In this document: in pieces, positions 44,007 to 44,344 of the stretch | Position numbering within the stretch: position 1 is the first letter of the stretch | Layout of the letters: each line of letters begins with the position of its first letter | Source of the DNA: an uncultured Coriobacteriaceae bacterium | GTDB lineage: Bacteria; Actinomycetota; Coriobacteriia; Anaerosomatales; Anaerosomataceae | Direction of reading: 5' to 3' | Length of the DNA: 44,344 nt | Assembly: GCA_964472485.1 (NCBI GenBank) | Contig: CAYYLR010000001.1 | Location: 1 to 44,344, forward strand | Notes under the pieces: model-generated | Seen by the model: the letters and a program-made list of their open reading frames with translations, nothing else | Databases searched by the model: none | What the model was told of the DNA's origin: nothing | Position numbers and translations under genes: made by a program

Positions 44007-44344
44007 TTGTTCCCCATCGTACACGCCCGGCAGCTGTCCGCATCGGTCTTCGAGATGGGCGTCGAGGCGCCCGCGATCGCCGCGAAGGCGCGGGCGGGTC
44101 AGTTCTTCATGTTGCGCGTCGCCGATGGTGGCGAGCGCATCCCGCTCACCTTCTCGGACTGGTCTGCCGAGGGGGGCTGGATCCGCTTCATCTTCATGCG
44201 GGTCGGCAAGACCACTCACCAACTTTCGCACCTCGGTGTGGGCGACAGTCTCGCGGACGTCGTGGGGCCGCTCGGCGTCCCCACGCATGTCGAGGGGCTC
44301 GGCCGCGTGGCGGAGGATCGGATCGCCAATCTCGTCGGGATCCT
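44007..44344 (+). CDS. Partial (3' end off-window) sulfide/dihydroorotate dehydrogenase-like FAD/NAD-binding subunit (NfnA / PyrK-like)
   Basis: It is not in the ORF track because no stop occurs in the window. A TTG at 44007 follows GGAGG, and a candidate -10 TATACT lies at 43954-43959. The translation FPIVHARQLSASVFEMGVEAPAIAAKARAGQFFMLRVADGGERIPLTFSD...RVGKTTHQLSHLGVGDSLADVVGPLG matches the N-terminal pattern of NfnA-type reductases. Confidence 0.55.
   Translation, partial: MFPIVHARQLSASVFEMGVEAPAIAAKARAGQFFMLRVADGGERIPLTFSDWSAEGGWIRFIFMRVGKTTHQLSHLGVGDSLADVVGPLGVPTHVEGLGRVAEDRIANLVGI

Overview
High-GC (roughly 65-70% by eye) chromosomal segment from a Gram-positive-type, probably anaerobic bacterium. 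This is suggested by a pentahaem NrfA, an iron-sulfur flavoprotein, an NfnA-like reductase, a hemerythrin and an ApbE lipoprotein. I support about 47 protein genes, 2 tRNAs (Phe-GAA, Gln-UUG), one disrupted gene, and several hairpin terminators and promoter/operator candidates. I saw no rRNA, CRISPR array, transposase, integrase or phage genes. Left half (1-29.6 kb) is accessory, signalling and metabolism: a broken HD-GYP gene, a PAS histidine kinase, a CaCA antiporter, a MarR plus heterodimeric ABC exporter operon, citrate synthase, hemerythrin, cspA, an arsR-acr3-metallophosphoesterase operon, a stand-alone nrfA, two tandem secreted 'RFYN..GSHFYT..SEAEK' repeat proteins, a J-domain protein, two more HD-GYP genes, a HEAT-repeat protein, an ImmA-like pseudo-protease, a ROK kinase and a DUF362 Fe-S protein. 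Right half (29.6-41 kb) is the conserved housekeeping block rsmI-abrB-metG-tatD-(isf)-yabE-like-rsmA-veg-ispE-tRNAGln-glmU-prs-rplY-pth. It is followed by an M23 peptidase, a DUF4870 protein, ApbE and a partial NfnA-like gene. The best candidate for an undescribed system is the translationally coupled pair HEAT-repeat protein + degenerate HD-GYP protein (22353-25762). The two share a paralogous N-terminal module and sit next to a canonical GAF-like HD-GYP enzyme. Other items worth a second look: an in-frame loss of about 30 residues in the GlmU acetyltransferase domain, an orphan nrfA, an ars operon with a phosphoesterase in place of arsC, a recently homogenised tandem pair of secreted repeat proteins, an unlisted small Cys-containing ORF with a strong RBS, and a recurring GTGACGTCAC palindrome. 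All homology calls rest on motif recognition by eye; no database search was possible. Many long ORFs in the six-frame track are antisense or shadow-frame artefacts of the high GC content and were not called.
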